Below, piece by piece: positions 19,562 to 28,830 of a DNA stretch of 64,000 nt (position 1 is the stretch's first letter; each line of letters opens with the position of its first letter). Position numbers and translations under genes: made by a program. The DNA lies in the IMG/VR virus record IMGVR_UViG_3300032053_000002, positions 228,724-292,723 of that record; one strand, given 5' to 3'. The notes below the pieces were generated by a model that worked only from the letters and a program-made list of their open reading frames with translations, was not told the origin of the DNA and did no database searches.

Positions 19562-20743
19562 TTATTTTTTAAGTTTAATGTTCGCCAATTTGTGAATACG
19601 AGATTTCATATCAGCGTTAGCGTTGACAATTGGATCATCAACTTTCGGCTTGGTCGTACCGACCGATCTCGATGCGCCTTCTACAATCCTTTGGGTTCTG
19701 TTTGGCGAGTCGCCAGAACCGAGATTTTCCATCAAAGTGGCGTAAACCAGTTTGATTTCGCGAATTGATTTTGCGCGGTCAAAGTTTTCAACAACTTTCA
19801 TTTTGCTTTTGTTATCGAGAGCAAAATTACGGAAAACTTTGTTTGTGAATAGTAATTTAGCGTTGAGCACATTAATTTCGTTCAATTTACTTTTCATAAA
19901 TCTCACTACTTCAATAGCTTTCGCAAGTTTGTTTTTGGTTTTTGCCAATTCCGTTCGAAGAGATTTGATTTTGGCTTCACCGACGAAATTATCAACTTCG
20001 TCTTCGTCATCATCTTCTTCTTCCGGCACTTCGGCAGGAACTTCTTCTTCGGCTTCACCGACCGGTTCTTCTTCAGGAACTTCTTCATCTTCCTCGATGT
20101 CGATGTCTAACTCTTCATCATCATCAGCAGCGGGAACTTCTTCGGCTTCACCAACCGGCTCTTCAGGAACTTCTTCCTCGTCATCTTCAACGTCGAAATC
20201 TAAATCGTCGTCTTCATCAACAACGGGTTCTTCCAGAGGTTCATCTTCTTCACCGGCTTCGGCTTCCAATTCGGCGACAACTTGTTCCAAATCAAGGTCA
20301 TCTTCTTCCGGCGCTTCTTCGTCTTCAGGTTCGTCCTGTTCAGTCAACTCAGACTCTTTCGCGTCTTCATGGTCAGACTTTACTTTGGTCGCACCTTCTT
20401 CGTCATCAGTAGTCGTTTCAGATGATTCTTTGGATGGTTCTTTGTTATCACCAGTTCCGATATCAGAAGTGTCTTCTTGTTCGGTTAATCCAGAATCTTC
20501 TTCCGCTTTTTCGTGATCATCATCGGTTCCGATTTGAGCACCAGCGTCATTCGTGACTTCTTCTTCTACAGGTTCTTCCAATTCTTTTTCTTCTTCATCT
20601 TCCATTTCCTGTTGAATCTTGCGAGAAATCATCGACTTAACTTGCGGAGCAAAAGCTTCTTCCAAAAACGCCTTGGCTTGCTTTAACGCCATTTCACGAA
20701 TCGTTTTTGCTTCAGCAATCGATTCTTTAAGTAATTTAGTCAT
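19562..20743 (-). CDS. Prohead core scaffolding protein
   Basis: Very acidic centre; LNAKLLFTNK...KVVENFDRAKSIREIKLVY; directly upstream of MCP; start at ATG 20743 after AGGAG. Confidence 0.85.
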   Translation of the reverse strand: MTKLLKESIAEAKTIREMALKQAKAFLEEAFAPQVKSMISRKIQQEMEDEEEKELEEPVEEEVTNDAGAQIGTDDDHEKAEEDSGLTEQEDTSDIGTGDNKEPSKESSETTTDDEEGATKVKSDHEDAKESELTEQDEPEDEEAPEEDDLDLEQVVAELEAEAGEEDEPLEEPVVDEDDDLDFDVEDDEEEVPEEPVGEAEEVPAADDDEELDIDIEEDEEVPEEEPVGEAEEEVPAEVPEEEDDDEDEVDNFVGEAKIKSLRTELAKTKNKLAKAIEVVRFMKSKLNEINVLNAKLLFTNKVFRNFALDNKSKMKVVENFDRAKSIREIKLVYATLMENLGSGDSPNRTQRIVEGASRSVGTTKPKVDDPIVNANADMKSRIHKLANIKLKK

Positions 20744-20873
20744 TACGGTTCTCCTAATACATTTATCCAATATTATTGGTTTGGATTTTAACACTATTGA
20801 TGAGTGTTAATGAATTACTAACATCATTTATTTCGGTACACTATATCGTAGATAGTGTATTCGGTAGGTTAAA

Positions 20874-20881
20874 TATAAATA
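20874..20881 (-). promoter_or_regulatory. Candidate late-promoter octamer TATTTATA
   Basis: 130 nt upstream of the scaffold-MCP operon. Confidence 0.6.
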
Positions 20882-20928
20882 TATGTAAAAAATAAAAACA
20901 TATTAAAAATGATATATTTTCTTCATAC

Positions 20929-21156
20929 TTATTGGTTTCGCCTCATTTCACTTCGCATCCTCGCTTTCGCGCGATTGCGTTTTTCGCGTTTTATAGCAGA
21001 TGGTTTACGAAAATTTGATTTTTCCTGTATATGGAGCATCAACTCTTCTTTTTTAATCATTTGTTTTAATTTTTTCAGTGCTCCATCAATATTTTTGTCA
21101 CGTACAGTTACTTGTAATCCAGTAAACCTTGATAAAACTTCTTCATTTGGGATCAT
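20929..21156 (-). CDS. rpsU: Ribosomal protein bS21
   Basis: VTVRDKNIDGALKKLKQMI...FRKPSAIKREKRNRAKAR; AGGAGG RBS. Confidence 0.9.
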   Translation of the reverse strand: MIPNEEVLSRFTGLQVTVRDKNIDGALKKLKQMIKKEELMLHIQEKSNFRKPSAIKREKRNRAKARMRSEMRRNQ

Positions 21157-21168
21157 ATTCCCTCCTAT

Positions 21169-22017
21169 TTATTTCACTTGATTATATTTTCTTTCTTCTA
21201 CACTGTCGCCAAGAACATAGGTATTAAAAAGAACTTCTAATTTTCTACCTTTGTCGCCTTTAATCATTTTTAACTGGGAAGTCAGGAATTTATCACCTTC
21301 CATATAGCGTTCCATTTTTTTAGCGTCAAACTTTATTAGTTCATTTATTATTCTTTCTTTCGCCTTTCTTAATGCGATTGTCGGAATTCTAACTTCAAAT
21401 AGATTGTATTCCGAGCCAGAAACATACGCATACTTTCCTTCAAACGCCTGAACTTTTACTGTACCGTGTCCTCGGTTTACTTCGTCTTTTACTTTACGAA
21501 TATAATGCGGTGTCGGGTCTACTTTTCTAACGGCGTTCATATCAACTGTCGCCTTGTCGCCGACTCTTAGTATGTCGTCTTCCTGCACGACAGGTTGTTC
21601 TGGTTGCGGATCATCAATCTCAAAATAACGATTGAGAACGTTACCCATGTCTTCGTATAGCGCGTTCATTCTGTCCTGTAACGATTGCGCTTCGTTGGCG
21701 ACTTTCATAAAATTACCGGATAAGCCTTTCAACTCTTTCATATTTCTTTTAATAGTAACCTGATCAAACCAATCATTCGCACTTTCTACTGTAAATCTTT
21801 CGGCAAATGTCGCAATTTCGTGTAATGTTTTTGCAATTTCTGATAAATTATTTTTACGATAAATCATTTTTCCGAAATTATTGTATTCGCGAATAGAACT
21901 CATAATCCTTTGTTTATCTTCTTCCGTTATTTTTGGCGGATCTGTAATAGAACTTTCGTTTACTTTATTCAGTTCCTTTTTTGTGAAGAAAATTTCTTTT
22001 AAGCTTCGTTTAGTCAT
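21169..22017 (-). CDS. Hypothetical head-cluster protein (multi-module)
   Basis: 282 aa; its C-terminal module resembles the N-terminus of the next-but-one gene 22797..23411. Confidence 0.75.
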   Translation of the reverse strand: MTKRSLKEIFFTKKELNKVNESSITDPPKITEEDKQRIMSSIREYNNFGKMIYRKNNLSEIAKTLHEIATFAERFTVESANDWFDQVTIKRNMKELKGLSGNFMKVANEAQSLQDRMNALYEDMGNVLNRYFEIDDPQPEQPVVQEDDILRVGDKATVDMNAVRKVDPTPHYIRKVKDEVNRGHGTVKVQAFEGKYAYVSGSEYNLFEVRIPTIALRKAKERIINELIKFDAKKMERYMEGDKFLTSQLKMIKGDKGRKLEVLFNTYVLGDSVEERKYNQVK

Positions 22018-22029
22018 TTTAGTATCTCC

Positions 22030-22470
22030 TTATTGTTTCTTAATAAATTTTGCTATTTGGAACGCTTTGTCTAAAGAACCGACCAATTTAATAAATTCCT
22101 CCGTTTTTTTATTATATTCTTTATCGTATGCCCCATTTTCATAATCTTCTTGCGCCCAACCCGCCGGACGTCCAGAATAAAAAAGAAAATCCCGAACCGC
22201 AACAAATCTCTTATCGCCCACATCTTTATCTCTCCAATCTTTCAACACTTCTTCGCGAACTATTTTGCGTATCATTTCTTTTATCTCTTTCTCAACTTTG
22301 TCGGGCAAACCTTTATGTTTTGTTTTCGCAAATTTTTTTGCATCTTCTGGGTCTATTGACTTCGCAACATCTTTTGCTTTTTTAGTAACATCCGACGGCT
22401 TAACCGTTCCTTTTTGCAATCCGTGCACAATTCCGAAAAATTGTTGCTGTTTTTTACTTACTGCCGGCAT
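22030..22470 (-). CDS. DUF3008-like small protein
   Basis: MPAVSKKQQQFFGIVH...DAKKFAKTKHKGLPDKV; family name from recall. Confidence 0.6.
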   Translation of the reverse strand: MPAVSKKQQQFFGIVHGLQKGTVKPSDVTKKAKDVAKSIDPEDAKKFAKTKHKGLPDKVEKEIKEMIRKIVREEVLKDWRDKDVGDKRFVAVRDFLFYSGRPAGWAQEDYENGAYDKEYNKKTEEFIKLVGSLDKAFQIAKFIKKQ

Positions 22471-22484
22471 CTTATTTCTCCTTT

Positions 22485-22784
22485 TTATACGGTAATACCA
22501 TAATTATTGCAGAAGATATATAATTTATTGGTTGCGTCATCAACAAGTTTGGAAACGACTTTGAATTCAGATTTGGCTTTCGCTCTACTTAGCTTGGGCA
22601 TTTTCTTTCCAGTAAACCGAGGTTCTTCGTCAAAATCTATTTCTTCCTCCAAATCAATGTCCTTTAATGCGTCCATAGTGTTTTCCAGACGATAATAGAG
22701 TTCTCCAAGAGAATCCGCATATCCTTCCTTTAACAATTTTTGTTTTTCTTCTTTAATTATTTTCACCAATTCGGATTTTTTCAT
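22485..22784 (-). CDS. Hypothetical protein with MKKSEL leader
   Basis: MKKSELVKIIKEE. Confidence 0.75.
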   Translation of the reverse strand: MKKSELVKIIKEEKQKLLKEGYADSLGELYYRLENTMDALKDIDLEEEIDFDEEPRFTGKKMPKLSRAKAKSEFKVVSKLVDDATNKLYIFCNNYGITV

Positions 22785-22796
22785 TTTAATTTCCCC

Positions 22797-23411
22797 TTAA
22801 ATATATCCCATTACCATCAACCACGACGGCGAACCGTAAGGATCGACACCATCCGGTTCAACCGTTTTTCCCACCACACTTTTCGATCTACCACTATTAA
22901 CCATTCTTTCAAGCGCTGAAAGTGATGGTGGTTTGCTTACACCGCGAACATATTTATACAAATTCTGAGTTAAGACGGCAATTTTGTTTTCATTGCCACC
23001 GCTAATTTTATAAATATACGTAACTCTATAATCTTTTGGCGTCCACTCTAGCACAACGTCTTCGCCAGATTTTATTTCAAACCCCTTTTTGCTCTTAACA
23101 TCTTTTAACGTAGTTGTCGTGAATGTTAAATGATGAGACACTCCTTCGTTCTTTGACTCTTCTATTCGCGTAAGAAGTTCTACAGGAACAGATGGGATGC
23201 CCATGACTAACGATACAGGATTTCCAGAGTAAACATCCGCAGTTACTCCATTAACAGTTTTCACTATCAGCACGCCTCTTCCGCGTTGAATCTCAGATTT
23301 AACTATTCTCAGCCAGTGTTTACCGACAACAGGTCCCATTTCTTTTGCGACTTTATTTAACTTCACATTATCAATTTTTACTTTGTCGCCAGGTTTAATT
23401 TTTTGTTGCAT
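22797..23411 (-). CDS. Hypothetical two-module protein
   Basis: 204 aa; modules separated at SKNE. Confidence 0.7.
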   Translation of the reverse strand: MQQKIKPGDKVKIDNVKLNKVAKEMGPVVGKHWLRIVKSEIQRGRGVLIVKTVNGVTADVYSGNPVSLVMGIPSVPVELLTRIEESKNEGVSHHLTFTTTTLKDVKSKKGFEIKSGEDVVLEWTPKDYRVTYIYKISGGNENKIAVLTQNLYKYVRGVSKPPSLSALERMVNSGRSKSVVGKTVEPDGVDPYGSPSWLMVMGYI

Positions 23412-23641
23412 TAGTTACTCTCCCGTTTAATTTTATTTTTATAAAAAGGATATTTTGCAGAGATTAAATCTTTTACGTTTGCAAGATCTTTTTTATCTAC
23501 AAACAAATACCCGTTTTCAAAATAGAAATTCTTTTTATCTATTCCATTTTCTTCCAAGTAACTCGTTACTTCTCTTTCCAGACCTTCTTTCAGCAGAGTA
23601 AATTCTTCTTTAATTATTTTATGGAGCTCGGATCTTTTCAT
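23411..23641 (-). CDS. Hypothetical protein with MKRSEL leader
   Basis: MKRSELHKIIKEE; AAGGAG RBS. Confidence 0.75.
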   Translation of the reverse strand: MKRSELHKIIKEEFTLLKEGLEREVTSYLEENGIDKKNFYFENGYLFVDKKDLANVKDLISAKYPFYKNKIKRESN

Positions 23642-23653
23642 TTAATTTTCTCC

Positions 23654-24304
23654 TTACATTTCGTCATCTTTTCGCCAGTATTTCGCGAGTTCTTTTTCGG
23701 CTTTTGGAGCGGCGCTATTTATATCATCTTTCAGATTTTGCATCACATCTTTCAGATATTGTTGTTTAGCAAAAGCGATTGCGCCTTTAACATCTCTCTT
23801 TTCGTAAAACTTTCGCTCGTTCATACCGATAGCGATTAAACCATCAACAATTTTTGGCTCTGGAAAATTCAGGAATTCTTCTTTGGAAAGTTCTTTCAAC
23901 AGTTGTTCTTTGATAAGACTTCGCAATTCGGATTTTTTCATTTTATTTCTCTCCTCAGCAATAATTCCGGCGTATCCATAAGATGTTCGTTTCCCTTTAG
24001 GCGCGATGGAGTGTCCATCAAACCACCATTTATCGGGATTATTTACAATGGCATCAACTTTTCCGAAATACTTTTTTTTATCAATGACGCCGTATCCCTT
24101 GATATAATAAAGTTTATTATCGGAATCCATCATAAACTTCCCGCTTCTCTGAACATCTATTTTAATATAGCTTTTTCCGGGTTTGACTTTAACCTGCCAG
24201 TCCGGCTCGAAAATTTGCCATTTATCTGGCGAAAAGTTCATATAGTATTCTTTTACTCGCTTCTCTAGAATTTCAGCGAATTTTTTCGCAAGTTGAACGT
24301 CCAT
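23654..24304 (-). CDS. Hypothetical protein with internal MKKSEL leader at 23941
   Basis: 216 aa; internal GAGGAG-preceded in-frame ATG. Confidence 0.7.
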   Translation of the reverse strand: MDVQLAKKFAEILEKRVKEYYMNFSPDKWQIFEPDWQVKVKPGKSYIKIDVQRSGKFMMDSDNKLYYIKGYGVIDKKKYFGKVDAIVNNPDKWWFDGHSIAPKGKRTSYGYAGIIAEERNKMKKSELRSLIKEQLLKELSKEEFLNFPEPKIVDGLIAIGMNERKFYEKRDVKGAIAFAKQQYLKDVMQNLKDDINSAAPKAEKELAKYWRKDDEM

Positions 24305-24305
24305 A

Positions 24306-24680
24306 TTACATACTCTGTTTCTTTTTGGTGCTGAATTGCGAGAACTTATTTTTATCCAAGTCCAACATATCAGTTAATCTTTTGAAAAGATATTCCAGTT
24401 TGTTTCTTGGAAAATTATATTTCGCCAATTCTTTTGACAATCTACCGAGTAAAAGTTCTACGTTCCCCGGAAGAGTAACTTCGGTTTCATTTACTTCTGT
24501 TTTTATCGGATTGCCTTCTTCATCAAGAACTTTTTTTCCATCTTTATCAAATTGACCTGGAAGCCCTTTGAAAGTAAAATTATCTTTTCTTTTCGGGGTT
24601 AATCCGAAAACACCGCCAACAGGTAGAAGCGAAGTAAGTAATACTATTCCTTCATTCAATTTTTTCTTATTCTTTTTCAT
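24306..24680 (-). CDS. Hypothetical protein
   Basis: Start at MKKNKKKLNEG after AGGAG. Confidence 0.65.
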   Translation of the reverse strand: MKKNKKKLNEGIVLLTSLLPVGGVFGLTPKRKDNFTFKGLPGQFDKDGKKVLDEEGNPIKTEVNETEVTLPGNVELLLGRLSKELAKYNFPRNKLEYLFKRLTDMLDLDKNKFSQFSTKKKQSM

Positions 24681-24696
24681 TTTGGTTTCTCCTATA

Positions 24697-25017
24697 TTAT
24701 TTATGAGTTGTTTTTCCAATAGTTACATCGAGAGATACATGCGCATCATCTGACCCCACCGCGGCCGCGTCTATCATAACGGTATACCCGCTATCAAAAA
24801 TGAATTCAACCACTTCACTGTCCCAAGTAGTATACGTGATTATTTTTTTAATTTTAGCGCCGCTGATTCTTGTTATCATGGCTTTATTTATCTTACCCAA
24901 CTTATCTCTGAGAACAATACCGGTATCATCCTCTTCAGCTTCATTTAATGCATCGGCTCTAAAATTCAGCCACTTTCTCCAGTCATATCCTTTTTTTTCT
25001 TCTACTTTTTTATTCAC
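24697..25017 (-). CDS. Hypothetical protein
   Basis: 106 aa, translationally coupled. Confidence 0.65.
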   Translation of the reverse strand: MNKKVEEKKGYDWRKWLNFRADALNEAEEDDTGIVLRDKLGKINKAMITRISGAKIKKIITYTTWDSEVVEFIFDSGYTVMIDAAAVGSDDAHVSLDVTIGKTTHK

Positions 25018-25505
25018 AATCGTTCTCCTTTTCTAAATCGTTCTAGCGGTCTAAGTGCGTTTTCCCACGATGGCTCCCCGAGTTTTTCAACAAACTTTAA
25101 TGCCTTGCCTACATCATCAACGTGAATCGCCAACGTTTTCAACCCGGGATGCGGTGACGTATTCATTATTTTCGCCCTAATTCCCCCGCCATTCAAATTG
25201 GCGACAAGATAACCTAATTGCTGTCTGGTATCAGAGAAAAAATTAACAACGTAATTTCCGATTACGCGATAAGTTGACGAATACTTTTCTGTTATTATTT
25301 CTCTAATTATCTCCCGAACAATTTCTTTTATTTTCGCCTTTTCCAAGTTTGCGTCATCCCATCCTTTGAGCCATTGCGCAAAAGTTTTTTCATTTTCACC
25401 GACTTCTCCGCGTATCAGTTTAATTAAAGTCGGGTCGTAAATCGGGATTCGTCTTTTTCTTTTCTTAAACGCATTTTTTCCAAGTTCGTATGCACGATTA
25501 CTCAT
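25014..25505 (-). CDS. Hypothetical protein with internal IVREIIREIITE motif
   Basis: 163 aa. Confidence 0.65.
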   Translation of the reverse strand: MSNRAYELGKNAFKKRKRRIPIYDPTLIKLIRGEVGENEKTFAQWLKGWDDANLEKAKIKEIVREIIREIITEKYSSTYRVIGNYVVNFFSDTRQQLGYLVANLNGGGIRAKIMNTSPHPGLKTLAIHVDDVGKALKFVEKLGEPSWENALRPLERFRKGERL

Positions 25506-25506
25506 T

Positions 25507-25806
25507 TTATTTTCGCCCGAAATACTTCTTATAAATATCTAACGCCTCTTTTTCATCAACAATTCCGGCTTTGACTAATTTGGAGTAATAATCCGATTTT
25601 TCAGAAAGATGATCTAGTGCGATTTCTGTAGCAACTTTTTCATCGTCAGTATGCTCTTTTTCTACAGCGACACCAATCTCAAGCTCTTTTGGATCAACAT
25701 CTTTCGGATTTAATTTGTCGCCCTTGCCTCCGGATATTTTGTCGCCCTCTATCTCGTTGACCAATGAATTTTTATAAAGCAATCTATTCCAGAGTTTTTT
25801 GTCCAT
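25507..25806 (-). CDS. DUF5661-like protein
   Basis: ELEIGVAVEKEHTDDEKVATEIALDHLSEKSDYYSKL; family name from recall. Confidence 0.65.
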   Translation of the reverse strand: MDKKLWNRLLYKNSLVNEIEGDKISGGKGDKLNPKDVDPKELEIGVAVEKEHTDDEKVATEIALDHLSEKSDYYSKLVKAGIVDEKEALDIYKKYFGRK

Positions 25807-25809
25807 AGA

Positions 25810-26064
25810 TTATCTCCACTTTTTAATATATTCACGAGCGCATATTTCGTTTGGAAATACCCACACTCCATCGCCACTTCTTGCCGGTTTTCCATTTTCA
25901 TCTATTGGAACAAACCCAACCGTATTTCCGTAGCCCTTAGCAATTACTGGAACTTCATCGAGCGTATATTTTTTACCGCTTTGAGTTTTGTATACTGTTT
26001 CTTCCGTTAAAATACTTTCTTTAAGTTCTTTTCCGAGAAGTTTATACCATCGTTTTTTGTCCAT
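25810..26064 (-). CDS. Hypothetical protein with MDKKRWYKLL leader
   Basis: 84 aa, GGAG RBS. Confidence 0.7.
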   Translation of the reverse strand: MDKKRWYKLLGKELKESILTEETVYKTQSGKKYTLDEVPVIAKGYGNTVGFVPIDENGKPARSGDGVWVFPNEICAREYIKKWR

Positions 26065-26079
26065 TATGTTTTCTCCAAT

Positions 26080-26292
26080 TTACCAACTTTTTAGCCCTGC
26101 GTCCTTAGCGGCCGCTTGCAACTCTTTAACAAAATCTTGGAATTTTTTATGAACTTCTTTATAATCTTTTCCAGAAATATTTAATTTTAAGAGTTCCATC
26201 TCCATGTCTTCAATTATACCAGACAAATATCCACCAGTGCTCTCTTTTAGCAATTCTTCTTCAATTATTTTTCTCAACTCTGATTTTTTCAT
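26080..26292 (-). CDS. Hypothetical protein with MKKSEL leader
   Basis: MKKSELRKIIEEE. Confidence 0.75.
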   Translation of the reverse strand: MKKSELRKIIEEELLKESTGGYLSGIIEDMEMELLKLNISGKDYKEVHKKFQDFVKELQAAAKDAGLKSW

Positions 26293-26304
26293 TCGTCTTC
26301 TCCC

Positions 26305-26532
26305 TTACAGATTATTTTTCTTTTTGTATTCTTTTCTGAGCAGAAACGCAAAGAAAATTAAAAATAACGGAACGATTAAAGCGAACGGCCACCCGAAAAA
26401 TGCCGAGAGCAATCCACCACCAGCTACCAGCGCACCAACTACCCAGATAGTTCCCCATTTTTTATACGAGAACTCTCCCAATTCCGCAACCCACGATTTC
26501 CATTTCTCTAAAAATTTTTGCCATATATTCAT
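26305..26532 (-). CDS. Small membrane protein
   Basis: Hydrophobic hairpin WVVGALVAGGGLLSAFFGWPFALIVPLFLIFFAFLL. Confidence 0.7.
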   Translation of the reverse strand: MNIWQKFLEKWKSWVAELGEFSYKKWGTIWVVGALVAGGGLLSAFFGWPFALIVPLFLIFFAFLLRKEYKKKNNL

Positions 26533-26533
26533 A

Positions 26534-26770
26534 TTATTTCTCCCACTCTTTAAAATTATTTCTCATTGAAATAATCAATGCTTCCAAATGTTCAAGATCC
26601 TGCTCAAATGATAGCATGTCAAGCGATTTTAATGCTTGCTCACTCCATTTCATATATTGACCCATTAAATTTAATTGACTTTTAAGTCTTAGTGCTATAG
26701 TGTTCGGCGACCATTCCAGTAATTTCTCTCTTTCTTCGCGAATAATTTTTTTCAGTTCCGATTTTTTCAT
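26534..26770 (-). CDS. Hypothetical protein with MKKSEL leader
   Basis: MKKSELKKIIREE. Confidence 0.75.
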   Translation of the reverse strand: MKKSELKKIIREEREKLLEWSPNTIALRLKSQLNLMGQYMKWSEQALKSLDMLSFEQDLEHLEALIISMRNNFKEWEK

Positions 26771-27312
26771 CGTTGTGCTCCTTGCGAATAATCGTTTTCA
26801 ATTATATCCTCAGCAACTTCTACGGCATCTTTTTCATTTATTAACGGGTCTTCTGACAACACCGACCAATGATACCCATCAACTTTTCCAACTACTTGCC
26901 ATGTATCATAAAACACTTCTCGTCCAAAATCACGAATAGACGCGGCTTTAATTTTCTTTTTCGCCGCATCATCAAACTCCTTTTCTACAGTAATAGTAAA
27001 TTTTGATGCATCGTGTCGCCATTTATTTTTACCAGTTTTTTTCCATCCATTAGGTAAATTACCTTCATTCAGGTTAAGCAACCGTAAAATTTCTTCCTTT
27101 ATAATTTGTCGCAATTCGGATTTTTTCATTTTGTGCTCCTTTTTAGTTTCATTCTTTTTTATCCGAAAAGTAACCACCTTTCTTCCGTTAATAGTAGGCA
27201 TTCCGTGTTCGTCTTTACCTATACTTTTTATTTCCGTTGATTTGTTCTTAAATTTTCCGGTAAGTATTATGTCGCCTATTTCTACAGGTATTGTTATCAT
27301 ATTATTCCCCAT
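26767..27312 (-). CDS. Hypothetical protein with internal MKKSEL leader at 27129
   Basis: 181 aa; internal AAGGAG-preceded in-frame ATG. Confidence 0.7.
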   Translation of the reverse strand: MGNNMITIPVEIGDIILTGKFKNKSTEIKSIGKDEHGMPTINGRKVVTFRIKKNETKKEHKMKKSELRQIIKEEILRLLNLNEGNLPNGWKKTGKNKWRHDASKFTITVEKEFDDAAKKKIKAASIRDFGREVFYDTWQVVGKVDGYHWSVLSEDPLINEKDAVEVAEDIIENDYSQGAQR

Positions 27313-27326
27313 CTATATATCTGATT

Positions 27327-27638
27327 TCAATTATATCTTGCATCTTCTCTATTATATTCGGATTTTTCTTCTTTTGCTAATTGTTTAATGTAATTTTTAA
27401 CTTCCGCCGGAAGATTTTTATTGACCCAACTAATAACTCCAGTTTCAGTTTGTACATGAGCCAGTTTTTCGTAATTGCCGTGTACTTCTCTATTTCTATT
27501 CCATATTGTCAATCCATTTCCCATACGCCCCGATCCAATATCATATTTTCCAATAATCTTTCCTTCTACTAGTTGTTTTTTTAATAGATCATATTCTTCT
27601 CTTATTATTCGTCGGATCGTTGACACTTTAATTTTCAT
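27327..27638 (-). CDS. Hypothetical protein with leader variant
   Basis: MKIKVSTIRRIIREE after GGAG RBS. Confidence 0.7.
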   Translation of the reverse strand: MKIKVSTIRRIIREEYDLLKKQLVEGKIIGKYDIGSGRMGNGLTIWNRNREVHGNYEKLAHVQTETGVISWVNKNLPAEVKNYIKQLAKEEKSEYNREDARYN

Positions 27639-27639
27639 T

Positions 27640-28257
27640 TTACTTCTCCATATCAACTAAAATTTCAGTAATAATTTCCTGTATTTTATCATATTTGTCG
27701 CTTTTTTTGGAAGACCTTTTATTTACCGACTCATGCAACGATTTCATAAACGCACCCTGTGTACTCGGATTGCTCACAGTATCAAATGCGATTAGCTCAA
27801 AGTCGTCCTGAACCTGATTTGCACCATCGGTGGATTCTTTTACAGAACCGAGACCACGAGAAGAAATCCCGATCCGTATTCCAGATTTTAATAATTCTTT
27901 CAGAATATTTCCAGACGGAGTCCCCAATATTTCCAGCGTGCCTATCAGATCATCGTTAGTCCAGTGCATCTCCACGATATTATGACTAACGTTTGATAAG
28001 TTGACTACACTACTGTCCGGGTGGTCTAATTCACCGAGAGCGCGTTTTTGATCGACGAATTCTTGCAAATATCGTTTAACTTCTCGGGATAATATTTCTT
28101 TTGGATATATTCTTCCGTTCTGATTTTTTGAGTTTGCGCGTTGTAGCACTCCGGTGATTAAAATTCGCCCGTTGTTTTTTTCGAGCGACTCGTTAATCAT
28201 TGAAGGCGACACATCAAACGGAACATAATCCACTAATAATTGTCTATTGTCACTCAT
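27640..28257 (-). CDS. Prohead maturation protease (T4 gp21-like)
   Basis: NQNGRIYPKEIL...ALGELDHP...VSHNI...GISSRGLGSV...FDTVSNPST. Confidence 0.94.
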   Translation of the reverse strand: MSDNRQLLVDYVPFDVSPSMINESLEKNNGRILITGVLQRANSKNQNGRIYPKEILSREVKRYLQEFVDQKRALGELDHPDSSVVNLSNVSHNIVEMHWTNDDLIGTLEILGTPSGNILKELLKSGIRIGISSRGLGSVKESTDGANQVQDDFELIAFDTVSNPSTQGAFMKSLHESVNKRSSKKSDKYDKIQEIITEILVDMEK

Positions 28258-28830
28258 TTATTTTCTCCACTGGTTATATTTACTTTTCCAATCTTTTGGA
28301 GCATATTTTCTCCAAACATCTTGCACTTCTTTTTTTCTTCCAGATTTTTCTATTTTTGAAATCAAATCCATAATGTCGCTCTTTATTGCACTACCGGATG
28401 ACCACGACCGATAATCATCACTGTATTCGTATGTCCAATCAAAGTTTTTAAGCAAACTCTTTAGTTGCTCCAAATCATCAACAAGTTTTCCGGATAAGTG
28501 TTTTTCCATCTGATAAGTATGACCCGAATCAAATTTTTGCCCATCCACTTCAAACATCCACCAACTTCTCCAAACATCTTTTTTAATCGCTTTAATTTTC
28601 GTCCCGTCTATCAGAATAATTTCAAACTCGGCCGGAAATTCTTTTGTCTTTTTGGTTGACTTCACCCATTTTTTTAGTCGCGAGTTTCGGTCATCTTTTT
28701 TATCTGTATCTTCTGGAAGGCACCAATATAATTTAATTTCCATATCTTCTTTTACATCGTAGCCGTAATCTTTGTCAGTTACTTCCCTTAAAATTTTCTT
28801 GTTTATTAAAGTTTTTAATTTCATATTCAT
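28258..28830 (-). CDS. Hypothetical protein
   Basis: 190 aa, coupled to protease gene. Confidence 0.7.
   Translation of the reverse strand: MNMKLKTLINKKILREVTDKDYGYDVKEDMEIKLYWCLPEDTDKKDDRNSRLKKWVKSTKKTKEFPAEFEIILIDGTKIKAIKKDVWRSWWMFEVDGQKFDSGHTYQMEKHLSGKLVDDLEQLKSLLKNFDWTYEYSDDYRSWSSGSAIKSDIMDLISKIEKSGRKKEVQDVWRKYAPKDWKSKYNQWRK

Noticed and set aside
19752-20516. 254-aa Ser-rich plus-strand ORF
   Set aside because: Antisense shadow of the Glu/Asp-rich scaffold gene (GAA/GAT codons read as TTC/TCN); no RBS or independent signal.
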